Notes under the pieces: generated by a model
What the model saw: the letters and a program-made list of their open reading frames with translations, nothing else
Told to the model about the DNA's origin: nothing
The model's database searches: none
Shown here: positions 30,358 to 39,974 of the stretch, in pieces
Numbering within the stretch: position 1 is the stretch's first letter
How the letters are laid out: every line of letters starts with the position of its first letter
Made by a program: the position numbers and the translations under genes
Source: an uncultured Thermoleophilia bacterium
GTDB taxonomy: Bacteria; Actinomycetota; Thermoleophilia; UBA2241
Direction of reading: 5' to 3'
Assembly (NCBI GenBank): GCA_963790185.1
Contig: CAWBNR010000016.1
Location: forward strand, 1,528-65,527
Length of the DNA: 64,000 bases

Positions 30358-31655
30358 ACGGTCCGCGGCGGCGAACGAGTCCCGCCGTGCACGCCTCACC
30401 GGGCGGCGGCGGCCATCGGGCTGGCCGTCGCGCTGCAGCTTCTCGTGCTCGACGCTGCTGTTCCCCAACCTGTGGTACGGGATGCACGACATCAGCGACA
30501 TCCCGATCTACCACGACTACGCCGCGCTCATGACCGCACGGGCTACCAGCCCTACAAGCGACTTCGCCGTCGAGTACCCGCCGCTCGCGCTGCCGCTCTT
30601 CCGGCTGCCGCGGCCACGCCCTCGACCCGCTCGCCTACACGCACTGGTTCAGCATCGCCATGGGCGTCCTCACGCTGTCGCACGGCGCCGTCCTCGTCGA
30701 CCCTGACCGCGCTGCCGCTTCTGGCCGCGCGGGCGGCGCGCCTACGCGGCCGCCGCCCTCTTCGCGGTCGCCGTGGCCTTCACCGGCGCGATCATCGTCA
30801 ATCGCTACGACGTCGGCGGTGGCCCTGCTGATCGCCGCGGCTCCTGCTCTGTCTCGTCGCGCCGCTGGCTGACGGCCGCCGCCTTCGTGCTCGGCATCGG
30901 CTTCGCGCTCAAGCTCACGCCGCTCGCCCTGCTGCCGCTGGTGCTGCTGCTCGCCGGCCGCCCGCGGCGCTGGGCCTGGCCGCTGCTCGCCTTCGCGCCG
31001 CCGCGGTGACGCCCTTCGTCCCCTACCTCTTCACCTCGCCGGGAGGCGTGTGGTACGTCTTCCACTACCACCTCGAGCGCCCGCTGCAGATCGAGAGCGT
31101 GCTCGGCACGCCGATGCTCGTCGCCGGCGCGCTCGGCTGGGCGCCCCTCGAGATCGGCTACAGCCACGGCTCGCACCAGCTCATCGCGACCGGCGCGCGG
31201 CGCTCGCCGCCACGTCTCTCGGGCGTTCTCACCGTGCTGGCCGTGCTCGGTACGTACGGGCTGCTCCTGGCGGCGCCGCGACGACCCTCCGGGAGGCGCC
31301 GCAGGAGCAGCCCCTCGCCGTCCTCGCCCTGCTCCTCGCGCTCATGACCTTCGGCAAGGTGCTCTCGCCGCAGTACGTCATCTGGATGCTGCCGCCGCTC
31401 GGCGCTCGTCGCCGTGCGCGACCGTCTGGTCGCCGTGCTGGGGGCCTGGTCCTGCTGCTGACGCAGATCGAGTTCCCCGGCCTCTACGGCGACCTCATCC
31501 GTGAGGAGACCGCGGCGCTGCTTCTGGTGGCGCTGCGCAACGTGGCGCTCGTCGTCCTGTTCGGCGTCGCGATGCTGAGGGTGTGGTGGCTGCCGGAAGG
31601 ACCTGTCGACGCCGAGCCGCCGCCTCGTTTGGCCGCCGCGGACGGGGAGCTATAA
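30354..31655 (+). CDS. DUF2029/GT87-type integral membrane glycosyltransferase, frameshifted
   Basis: LFPNLWYGMHDISDIPIYHDYA..DFAVEYPPLALPLF, LKLTPLALLPLVLLLAG, and FGKVLSPQYVIWMLPPL. Multiple frames are used. Confidence 0.55.
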
Positions 31656-31693
31656 TCGGACCCGGAGACGAACGGGATCGCACGGGAGGCGGC

Positions 31694-33271
31694 TTGACTG
31701 AGGATGTGCAGACGACGGTGAGCCTGCGGCACTACGTCGACGTGGTCTGGCGACGCAAGTGGGTCGTCCTCCAGGCGGTGGCGATCGTGCCGCTGATCGT
31801 CGTCGGCGCGAGTCTCCTGCAGCCCACCCGATATGCGTCCACAGCGCGCGTGATGGCCGTGCAGCAGTCCGCCGCCCTCAACGTCGCGACAACCCTCGAC
31901 GTCGGCTCGCTGACGCTCGACGAGCGCGGGCTCATGACGCTTGCGAGCTTCGTGGTCACCCCCGACATGGCGGCGCGCGCCGCCGAGCAGCTCAAGCGTC
32001 CCGGCGACGCCGATGCGCTCCTCGGGGACGTGACCGCCGAGACCGACCCGGCCACCGACGTCATCCTCATCAAGGCCTTGGCCGCCGAACCGACAGAGGC
32101 GGCGGCCGTGGCGAACGCCTTCGCCGACCAGTTCGTGGCGTGGCGCAGAGAGATCCAGCAGACCTCCCTCGACGACGCCAGCGCGACGATCGACGCCGAG
32201 ATCGAGACCACCGGGGAAAACACTCTCCGGCGGCAGCTGCTGCTCGACCAGCGCAGCGAGCTGCAGGTCCTCAAGGCGCTGCTGACCGGCGACGTCCAGG
32301 TCGGCGAAGCGGCGCAGCCGTCGGGCACCCCCGCCAGCCCGAAGCCCGTGCGCAACGGCGTGCTGGCGCTGGCCGGGGGCCTCGTGCTGGGCATCGGCCT
32401 AGCATTCGTGCGCGAGGCGCTCGACGTCAAGTTGCGATCGGTCGATGTGATCGCCGAGTCCACGACCATCCCGCTCATCGGCGCGATCCCGCAACTCGAG
32501 AAGGAGCAGCGCTCCGGCGACTCCGTCGTGATCCTGGACGATCCGAAGGGTGCCGTCGCCGAGGCATTCCGCTTCCTGCGCACCAACCTGGAGTTCGTCA
32601 ACTTCAACCAAGACGTCAAGACGGTCATGCTCACCAGCCCGGAGCCCTCGCAAGGCAAGTCGACGACCATCGTCAACCTCTCGCTCGCGCTGCTCCGCTC
32701 GGGCAAGAGCGTGGCCATCGTCGGCGCCGACCTGCGGCGGCCGGCGCTCCATCGCTTCTTCAACATCCCCAACACGCGTGGCGTGAGCACGGTCGTCACC
32801 GGGAGCAGCACTCTCGAGGACGCGGTCCAGGTGCTCACGTTCAGCGAGCGCTCGCGCACCGTCAAGTCCGGTGTCGACCGCACCGCCCCGTCGCTGCAGC
32901 AGGACTCCCCGGATTCAGTCGGCAGCGAGCTCCACCTGACGGTGTTGCCGTCCGGCCCGCTGCCCCCGAACCCGGGTGAGATCGTCACGTCCCGGCAGCT
33001 GGCCGCAGTGCTCGAGCAGTTGAAGGCCACCCACGACTACGTCCTCATCGACGCGCCGCCGATGTTCGCCGTCGGCGACGCCGCCGCCATGGCCAGCAAG
33101 ATCGACGGCGTCGTCGCGGTCCTGCGACTCGATCAGACCACCCACGACACGCTGCGCGAGGTCGAGACGTTCCTCTCGCGGACCACGGCCCGCACTCTCG
33201 GCATCGTCGTGACCGGCGTGCCCCGCTCCAGCAAGAGCAAGTACTACCGCTACGACCAGTACTACGGCTGA
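31694..33271 (+). CDS. polysaccharide co-polymerase / BY-kinase (Wzz domain + CpsD/CapB-type tyrosine autokinase)
   Basis: ORF 31583-33271. TTG 31694 follows a GGGAGG RBS (GTG 31706 is the alternative). An N-terminal TM segment is followed by a chain-length-determinant region. Walker A is SPEPSQGKST, Walker A' is VLIDAPP, and the tail is Tyr-rich (KYYRYDQYYG*). Confidence 0.85.
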   Translation: MTEDVQTTVSLRHYVDVVWRRKWVVLQAVAIVPLIVVGASLLQPTRYASTARVMAVQQSAALNVATTLDVGSLTLDERGLMTLASFVVTPDMAARAAEQLKRPGDADALLGDVTAETDPATDVILIKALAAEPTEAAAVANAFADQFVAWRREIQQTSLDDASATIDAEIETTGENTLRRQLLLDQRSELQVLKALLTGDVQVGEAAQPSGTPASPKPVRNGVLALAGGLVLGIGLAFVREALDVKLRSVDVIAESTTIPLIGAIPQLEKEQRSGDSVVILDDPKGAVAEAFRFLRTNLEFVNFNQDVKTVMLTSPEPSQGKSTTIVNLSLALLRSGKSVAIVGADLRRPALHRFFNIPNTRGVSTVVTGSSTLEDAVQVLTFSERSRTVKSGVDRTAPSLQQDSPDSVGSELHLTVLPSGPLPPNPGEIVTSRQLAAVLEQLKATHDYVLIDAPPMFAVGDAAAMASKIDGVVAVLRLDQTTHDTLREVETFLSRTTARTLGIVVTGVPRSSKSKYYRYDQYYG

Positions 33272-34329
33272 GCGGACGCTCCCCCCGCTGAGCGCTTCGT
33301 CAGCGCCGGACGCCGGCGTCCCGCTGCCCGCATGATCCCCTCCGTCACACGCACCCTCGAGCTCCTGTGCGTGACCACCGGGCAGGCGAGCGGTCGCGTG
33401 CCGAAGCGGCGTTTGAACTCGCGGACGCCGACGAGACCGCCGCTCGGGTTGAAGTCGAACCACTCGCAGCCGCGGGCGCAGGCGTCCTCGATGACCTGAG
33501 CGAGCAGCAGCGTCGACGGCCGTACCTCGAAGGCACGCTCGAGTGTCGCGCCGTGCCAGTACACGGCGTGGTGTGGCGCGTAGAAGCAGAGAGCGCCCGC
33601 GACCACGTGACCGTCGTGTTCGGCCACCCAGAGCCTTGCTCGCGAGCCCCGGCTGATCTCCTCGAACAGCCGGGGCGGGTAATCGGCCGATCCTCCTCGA
33701 GCGCCCCAGCGCCGCATCGAGTCCGAGACCACCGCCTGGTAGGCCTCCCAGTCCCGCTCGCCGTGCGCAGTGCGCACCTCCACGCCGGCGCGGCGCGCCT
33801 TGCCCAGGGCCGAGCGATGGCCCCGTGAGAAGCTCGCGAGCACGGCCTCGAAGCCGGCGTGCAGGTCGAGCACATCGGTCTCGTCATCCTGCACCGTCGC
33901 CGCGCCGGGCACGCCGTGGTCAAGCGCGCCCGCGAAGGGATCGAAGGGATTGACCCTCCACCACGACTCCGGCGCCGCCGCGCACATGAGGCCGGCCAGC
34001 AGACGCCCATGCTCGGCGCCGACCTCGGGCCCCGCCAGCCAGCCGCCGTAGGTGCCGGCCGGATTCGACAGCGCCCGCGGCCAGCGGCCGCCGCGGCGGC
34101 GCTCGCGCGTCAGCACGAGCACGGCCCTCGCGCCGTCGCTGAAGCGGGCCGCCGTAGGCGTCGGCCGCAAGCGGCCGGCGCCCGCAGCGGCCCACGCCTC
34201 CGCCCACTCGCGGGAGTGGAAGTGTGTCGCGTACGCGCAGCCGTCGAAGGCCCGGTCCCACTCCGTCGCGGACGCCGGGCGCACCTCCTTGATGCGAAGG
34301 CTGCCGTCGGACGCCTTCTCAGCCCCCAC
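33262..34329 (-). CDS. FemAB-like / Acetyltransf_6 GNAT-fold protein (paralogue 1)
   Basis: The 355-aa ORF reads YATHFHSREWAEAW...FSRGHRSALGKARRAGVEV...LWVAEHDGHVVAGALCFYAPHHAVYWHGAT...DACARGCEWFDFNPSGGLVGVREFKRRFG. Confidence 0.65.
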   Translation of the reverse strand: MGAEKASDGSLRIKEVRPASATEWDRAFDGCAYATHFHSREWAEAWAAAGAGRLRPTPTAARFSDGARAVLVLTRERRRGGRWPRALSNPAGTYGGWLAGPEVGAEHGRLLAGLMCAAAPESWWRVNPFDPFAGALDHGVPGAATVQDDETDVLDLHAGFEAVLASFSRGHRSALGKARRAGVEVRTAHGERDWEAYQAVVSDSMRRWGARGGSADYPPRLFEEISRGSRARLWVAEHDGHVVAGALCFYAPHHAVYWHGATLERAFEVRPSTLLLAQVIEDACARGCEWFDFNPSGGLVGVREFKRRFGTRPLACPVVTHRSSRVRVTEGIMRAAGRRRPALTKRSAGGASAQP

Positions 34330-35518
34330 CGCGCGACCCTTCGCCCGCAGCGACCGGCGACTCCGGGCGCCCGCCGTCGCCGGCCAGGTCCTCGTAGCGA
34401 CGGACGAGCCGCCGGACGCACTCCCGCACGTCGAAGCGCTCCTCGACGCGCGCGCGGGCTGCGACGCCCATGGGGGCCCACCGATCAGAGTCGGCGGCGA
34501 GCTCCCCGAGCCGGGCGGCGATGCCGTCGATGTCGCCCTCCTCGGCGAGCAGGCCGGTGACGCCGTCCTCGACGACCTCCGGGATGTCGCAGTGCCTCGT
34601 GCTGACGATCGGCATGCCGGTCGCCGCCAGCTCGATCAGGACGACAGGGGCTCCGCCCTCGCTGTCCCAGTCGGCGGCGTGGCGGCTCGGGCTGAGACAG
34701 AGGTGATGCTCGCGCGCCTCGGCGAGGAGCCGATCATAGGGCTGGAAGCCGAGCAGCCTCACCGCATCCTCCAGGCCGTGACGAGCGATGGTGTCGAGGA
34801 TGCGCCGCCGCTCGCGCTGCTCGTCCTCGGCCGGGCCGGCGTCGCCGATCACGGTCGCGGTCACGTCGAGGCCCTCGGAGCGGACGCGAGCGACAGCCTC
34901 GAGAGCATCGGGGATGCCCTTCTTCTCGCGGAAGGCGCCGCAAATCAGCACCTTGACGCGGCCGTCCGTCGGCGCCGTACGCGGAGCGCAGTGCAGACGA
35001 TCGAGCTCGACGCCGAGTGGCTGCACGCGCACCCGATCCTCCGGCGCGCCCTCGCTCACCAGGGTGCGCGCCATATGCGGGCCTTCGCAGAGGAAGAGGT
35101 CGGCGGCGGCGAACAGGCGCTCGTACCGCCGCCGCCACACCGGCCATGTGCGGGGGAACTTCTGCACGTCGTGGCCGTAGAAGGTGACGACGTGTCGCGT
35201 GCCGAGCCGTGCCGCCAGCGGCAGATCCTGCCACCCCCGGTAACCGAAGTGCGAGTGGACGACCTGCGGCCGTCGTCGGCGCAGTGCCCTCAGCAGCGAC
35301 GGCGGCGGCAGAGGCCGACCGAGCCGGCGGCCAGCCGTGACCACAAGGCGGTCGGCCCTCGAGGCAATGAGGAGCGGATCCCATGGGAAGAGCTCGGGCG
35401 TGCGCAGCTCGTCGGTCATGACCGTCGCCGCGACACCGTGAGCGAAGCGCACCTGGTTGTACGCCCAGGTCATCGTCAACGGCAGCCAGACATCGAAACT
35501 GTGGACGACCTCCAGCAT
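34319..35518 (-). CDS. GT4-family (GT-B) glycosyltransferase
   Basis: The ATG at 35518 gives MLEVVHSFDVWLPLT... The C-terminal motif is SEGGAPVVLIELAATGMPIVSTRHCDIPEVVEDGVTGLL. Confidence 0.8.
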   Translation of the reverse strand: MLEVVHSFDVWLPLTMTWAYNQVRFAHGVAATVMTDELRTPELFPWDPLLIASRADRLVVTAGRRLGRPLPPPSLLRALRRRRPQVVHSHFGYRGWQDLPLAARLGTRHVVTFYGHDVQKFPRTWPVWRRRYERLFAAADLFLCEGPHMARTLVSEGAPEDRVRVQPLGVELDRLHCAPRTAPTDGRVKVLICGAFREKKGIPDALEAVARVRSEGLDVTATVIGDAGPAEDEQRERRRILDTIARHGLEDAVRLLGFQPYDRLLAEAREHHLCLSPSRHAADWDSEGGAPVVLIELAATGMPIVSTRHCDIPEVVEDGVTGLLAEEGDIDGIAARLGELAADSDRWAPMGVAARARVEERFDVRECVRRLVRRYEDLAGDGGRPESPVAAGEGSRGGG

Positions 35519-36705
35519 CAAGCTTGGTCCGCGCGTCCCGCCGTGACCTTGCGCAGCGCCGCCACGACGTCTTCGACGTCGTCGTCGGTCAGCTTGGCCG
35601 AGAACGGCAGGCTCACGGTGCGGCGCCCGATGGCGGTGGCCTCGGGCCACTCCTCCGGGCGCCAGCCGTACGCCTCCTGGTAGTAGGGGTGCTCGGGGAT
35701 CGCCAAGTAGTGGACCCCGACCCCGATGTTCTCGCGCGTCATCGCCTCGAGGACAGCGTCGCGCCCGAGGCCCGCGCGCGCCTCGTCGACGAGCACCGTG
35801 TACAGGTGGTGGCCGTGCCGCGTGTCGGGTTCCGGCTCGGCCGGCAGATCAAGCGGCAGGTCGGCGAACCCCTCCTGATAGCGGCGCCAGACCGCCGCCC
35901 GGCGCCGCCAGTTCTCCTCCACCCGCGCCAGCTGGTGCAGGCCGAGCGCCGCCTGCAGGTCCATCATGTTGTACTTGAAGCCCGCCTCGCGCACGAGGTA
36001 GTGACGGTAGCCTTCGTCGGAGAAGCGCTTCCACGCGTCGGCGGTCATGCCGTGGAGGGCGAGCCGCTTGATGCGCGCGGCGCGCCCTTCGTCGTGCGCC
36101 ACCACCATCCCGCCCTCACCGGTGGCGACGTTCTTCGTCACGTAGAAACTGAAGCAGCCGAAGTCACCGAAGGTCCCGGCGTGGCGCCCGCGGTACGTCG
36201 TCTCGATCGCGTGGGCGCAGTCCTCGACGAGCGCCAGCCCGCGGCGGCCGCAGAGCTCGCCGAGCGCGTCCATGTCGCAAGGACGTCCCGCGAAGTGGAC
36301 CGGGAGCACGGCGCGCGTGCGCGGCGTCACCGCCGCGGCGACGGCGGCCGGGTCGAGATTCATCGTCACGGGGTCGACGTCGGCGAGCACCGGCGTGGCG
36401 CCGGCGTGGATGATGGCATTGACCGTGGCGCAGAAGGTGAGCGCCGAGGTGATCACCTCGGCGCCCGGCTCGAGCTCGAGCGCGAGCAGCGAGAGATGAA
36501 GCGCTGCCGTGCAGGAGCCCACGGCCGCCGCATACGGGGCGCCCGTGTAGGCGGCGAAGTCGCTCTCGAAACGGGCGACCTTGGGTCCGGTGCCGAGCCA
36601 TCCCGAGCGCAACGACGCGACAACCTCGTCGATCTCGGCCTCGCCGATCAGCGGGGCGCCGAACACGAGGAACCGCTCCCGCGGCCGGATGGGCGTCTCG
36701 CTCAT
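35518..36705 (-). CDS. DegT/DnrJ/EryC1/StrS-family PLP-dependent sugar aminotransferase
   Basis: MSETPIRPRERFLVFGAPLIGEAEIDEV...GDFGCFSFYVTKNVATGEGGMVV (PLP-Lys context). ATGA overlap with the upstream gene. Confidence 0.9.
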   Translation of the reverse strand: MSETPIRPRERFLVFGAPLIGEAEIDEVVASLRSGWLGTGPKVARFESDFAAYTGAPYAAAVGSCTAALHLSLLALELEPGAEVITSALTFCATVNAIIHAGATPVLADVDPVTMNLDPAAVAAAVTPRTRAVLPVHFAGRPCDMDALGELCGRRGLALVEDCAHAIETTYRGRHAGTFGDFGCFSFYVTKNVATGEGGMVVAHDEGRAARIKRLALHGMTADAWKRFSDEGYRHYLVREAGFKYNMMDLQAALGLHQLARVEENWRRRAAVWRRYQEGFADLPLDLPAEPEPDTRHGHHLYTVLVDEARAGLGRDAVLEAMTRENIGVGVHYLAIPEHPYYQEAYGWRPEEWPEATAIGRRTVSLPFSAKLTDDDVEDVVAALRKVTAGRADQA

Positions 36706-38462
36706 GGCGTCACGTCCTCCTCCCGAAGACGACCGTTGAACACCTGCTGCAGCCAGATCTCGAAGGTGAGCCGGTACCCGACGGCTCGGGCGTGGTCGAC
36801 GCCGCCGAGGTGCTTGCGCCACAGCCGGACGACCTCGTCGCGCGAAGTGTACTCCGGGTAGAGCGCGTCGCGCGCCTCGAGCACGGCGGTCACGAAGCCC
36901 CGGGCCGGCTCCTGCCGCAGCCACGCGGGGTAGTCGGTGTAGTCGAGCAGGTCGAGCCCGCGAAGACCGACGGTGCCGACGCGGCCGAGAAGGCGCGCCT
37001 CGAGCGAGCGCAGCTCGCGCCACGCGCGCCGCGCGCCATACGGCCACGAAATCGGGAAGCCGGTGCCCGCCCAGGCCACACCGCGGTAGTAGCGCGGGAA
37101 CGCGGCCAGCAGCGTGGCCCGATACAGACGCCCGTGCGCTCGCATCTCGTCCGGCAGCGAGTACACGAACTCGATGAGATCTCGCGCGAGGAACGGCTTG
37201 CGGTCCTCCATGTAGGTCTGCAGGTAGCGGGTGCCGACGTTGTTCAGCCGTCGCGCGCGCTGCTCGACGAGGAAGTAGTCGGTCTTGTCGAGCGCCTCCC
37301 ACGGGCCCGTGTCGCCGAGGAGGTCTCGCTCGCACCTGAGCTTGCTGGCCGCATGATCCGCATCGAAGCGCCCGAAGCGCGTCGCCCCGTTCAGATACAT
37401 CCCCCCGAGGATGAAGTCGCCGCCGAAACCGTCGAGGTTGATGTCGTAGTGGCGGCGGTACATGTCGGCTGACTCGATGCCGTGCAGCTGCATGAAGCTG
37501 AAGAGCCCGTCCGTCCACCAGACAGCCGCGGACCGCCCGGCGAACCAGTTCTCGGCGTTGATGGGGACGACCACGTGCTCGCTCGGCCGCAGCGCCGCGA
37601 CCCGGGCGGCGACGCGCAGATCGACGCACCCCGGCCGGCCGAACGTGAGCGCCGGCACCGGCCCGTCGCCCGGGACGGCGGCGAAGAGCGCGCGCGAGTC
37701 GAGACCGCCGCTCAACGAGACGCCGACACGGGCGTCGGGACGCGCGCGGGCGGCGACGGAGGCCTGCAGGAGGCGGCCCGTCTCACGGGCCGCCTCCTGC
37801 AGGCCGAGACGCCCACCCTGCGGCTTGATGCCGTCCCACCACCAGTAGCGCCGCCGCTCGATCTCGCCGGTCCGCAGATCGAAGGTGACCACCGTCCCGG
37901 GTGACAGCAGGTGCACGCCCCGGAACCACGTGCGCTCGCCGAGAAGGTGACCGCACGTGAAGAACTCGGGGATCCCGTCGCGCTCGATGACCGGCTCGAA
38001 GCCGGGCATCGCGAGGAAGCCTCCGAGTTGCGAGGACCAGCAGAGCCGACCATCCACCACGCCCCAGAAGAGGATGCGCATGCCGAGCCGGTCGCTCACC
38101 AGATGGACGCGGCCCGCCGCATCGTCGACCAGGACCGCCGCGTAGACGCCGTCGAGGCCGGCGAGGAAGCTCCAGTCGTCGCCGGCCTCCGACCATCTGG
38201 CGAGCAGATCCTCGGCATCGGTGCGCTCGGATCGCCGATCGAAGAGCTCACCGTCGAGCCACACCGACCGCGAGCCCGCGCGCGCAGGATAGCGACCGGC
38301 GAGCAGCCCGTTGTGGGCCTGGAGAGCGGCGACACCCTCGAGGATCGGCCCTTCGCAGCGGTTCGACCCCTCGCGCGTGACCAGCGCCCCGAGCCGCTCA
38401 GCCGCCCGGCGCGCCTGATCGGCGTCGAGCCCCGTCGCCACGAAGCCGGCGATCCCGGGCAT
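36702..38462 (-). CDS. asparagine-synthetase-B-family protein lacking the N-terminal Cys nucleophile (MPGIAGF)
   Basis: The 586-aa ORF has a PP-loop (VSLSGGLDSRALF). The N-terminus is MPGIAGF instead of MCGI(A/V)G, and WLDGELFD stands in place of the canonical NGEIYN. Confidence 0.8.
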   Translation of the reverse strand: MPGIAGFVATGLDADQARRAAERLGALVTREGSNRCEGPILEGVAALQAHNGLLAGRYPARAGSRSVWLDGELFDRRSERTDAEDLLARWSEAGDDWSFLAGLDGVYAAVLVDDAAGRVHLVSDRLGMRILFWGVVDGRLCWSSQLGGFLAMPGFEPVIERDGIPEFFTCGHLLGERTWFRGVHLLSPGTVVTFDLRTGEIERRRYWWWDGIKPQGGRLGLQEAARETGRLLQASVAARARPDARVGVSLSGGLDSRALFAAVPGDGPVPALTFGRPGCVDLRVAARVAALRPSEHVVVPINAENWFAGRSAAVWWTDGLFSFMQLHGIESADMYRRHYDINLDGFGGDFILGGMYLNGATRFGRFDADHAASKLRCERDLLGDTGPWEALDKTDYFLVEQRARRLNNVGTRYLQTYMEDRKPFLARDLIEFVYSLPDEMRAHGRLYRATLLAAFPRYYRGVAWAGTGFPISWPYGARRAWRELRSLEARLLGRVGTVGLRGLDLLDYTDYPAWLRQEPARGFVTAVLEARDALYPEYTSRDEVVRLWRKHLGGVDHARAVGYRLTFEIWLQQVFNGRLREEDVTP

Positions 38463-38492
38463 GTCAGCGCCGCTCCCCGCCGGCCGGCGCCC

Positions 38493-39974
38493 TCACGGCG
38501 AGGTCCCCTTCGGCTTCGTCCTCGGCTGACGGGTGGCCAGCAGATCCCACAGACCGCGCATGTAGGAGCGCGCGATCAGCAACCACGCGACGACGTACAC
38601 GAGAGCGCCGACGACGACCAGAGGCACGAGTTGTGCCACCGGCCCCAAGCCGGTGCGCGTCAGCACCAGGTACAGCGCGGCGACCGCCACCGCCATCGCC
38701 GCGGTCGCCGCGGCGGGCCTTGCGACGCGGGCGAAGTAGCTCGGCCACTTCATCCCGAGGATCCTGTCGATGAGCCACAGCTCGACGACGAAGAGCAGCA
38801 AGCTGATCGAGGTGTGGCCCCACGCGACGCCGGTGGTGCCCCACCTGACCATCAGCCACAGCACGGGTACCACGACGGCGGTGTTCGCCACGTTGAGCCA
38901 GAAGCCGACATCGGCCCGGCCCTTCGCGAGCAGGGCCGAGCCCAGAGGGTTGCTGAGGCACATGAGCAGGCCCATCACCGACATGATCTGCACGAGCGCC
39001 ACGGCCGGCTGCCAGTCGGGTCCGAAGATCGCCGGCACGGCGACCGGCGCGACGATCCCGAGGCCGACGAGCAGCGGGAAGGTGACCAGGGCCACCAGCT
39101 CGATCAGCTCCCCGAAGCCCCTGCGCAACGCCGCGGGGTCGTCCTGGCGCCGCGAGAACACGGGGAACGCGACCTTGGTGAGGACCGGATTCAGCCTCGA
39201 CACGGGCACCACGACGAGCTGGTAGGCGATCGTGTACAGACCGAGCGGGGCGGCCCCCAGGTAGCGGCCGATCAGCAGGTAGTCGATGTTGGCCGCCCAG
39301 TAGTAGATCGTACGCTCGCCGATCTGATAGAGCCCGAAGCTGATGTATCCCTTGAGGTCGGCGCGGGCGAAATGGAGCCCGGGCGGCCATCGTCGCCAGC
39401 CGATCGCGACCAGCTGCAGCATGCGCCCGGCCGACTGCGCCAGGATGCCGATGACGAGCGCCCACACGCCGAGACCTGCCGCAGCGGCGCCCACGGCGAC
39501 CGCGAAGCCGATCGCCGCGCTCGACACCTCGACGCGCGCCAGCCTGTCGAACTCGAGCTCCTTCTGCAGCAGGATCTGGAACTGCTGCCCGAGAGGGATG
39601 ATCAGGAAGATGGTCGCCCCCAACACGACGAGCCCCCGCAGCCGTGGCTCACGGAAGAACGCGGAGACGAGCGGCGAGAGGCCGGCGACGACCACGAAGA
39701 GCGTCACACCGGTGACGATGTTGGTCCAGTAGAGAGTCGACAGCTGCTCACGCGTGGGCGACTTGCGCTGGATGATCGCGTTGCTGAGGCCCATGTCCGC
39801 GTAGATGTTCGCGAACCCCGTGACCGTCGTGACCATCGCCATGAGGCCGAAGTCGGCCCTCGACAGGAGGCGCGTGAGGACGGCGATCTGAGCGACGCCG
39901 ATCACCACGACGAGCAGCGTCGAGAGCGAGGTCCACTTGACCCCTCGCGCGGCCTCCTGTCGCAGCGAAGTCAC
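38493..39974 (-). CDS. Wzx-type oligosaccharide flippase (MOP/polysaccharide biosynthesis protein family)
   Basis: GTG 39974 (GTGA overlap) gives VTSLRQEAARGVKWTSLSTLLVVVIGVAQIAVLTRLLSRADFGLMAMV..., then about 12-14 hydrophobic helices. Confidence 0.75.
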   Translation of the reverse strand: MTSLRQEAARGVKWTSLSTLLVVVIGVAQIAVLTRLLSRADFGLMAMVTTVTGFANIYADMGLSNAIIQRKSPTREQLSTLYWTNIVTGVTLFVVVAGLSPLVSAFFREPRLRGLVVLGATIFLIIPLGQQFQILLQKELEFDRLARVEVSSAAIGFAVAVGAAAAGLGVWALVIGILAQSAGRMLQLVAIGWRRWPPGLHFARADLKGYISFGLYQIGERTIYYWAANIDYLLIGRYLGAAPLGLYTIAYQLVVVPVSRLNPVLTKVAFPVFSRRQDDPAALRRGFGELIELVALVTFPLLVGLGIVAPVAVPAIFGPDWQPAVALVQIMSVMGLLMCLSNPLGSALLAKGRADVGFWLNVANTAVVVPVLWLMVRWGTTGVAWGHTSISLLLFVVELWLIDRILGMKWPSYFARVARPAAATAAMAVAVAALYLVLTRTGLGPVAQLVPLVVVGALVYVVAWLLIARSYMRGLWDLLATRQPRTKPKGTSP

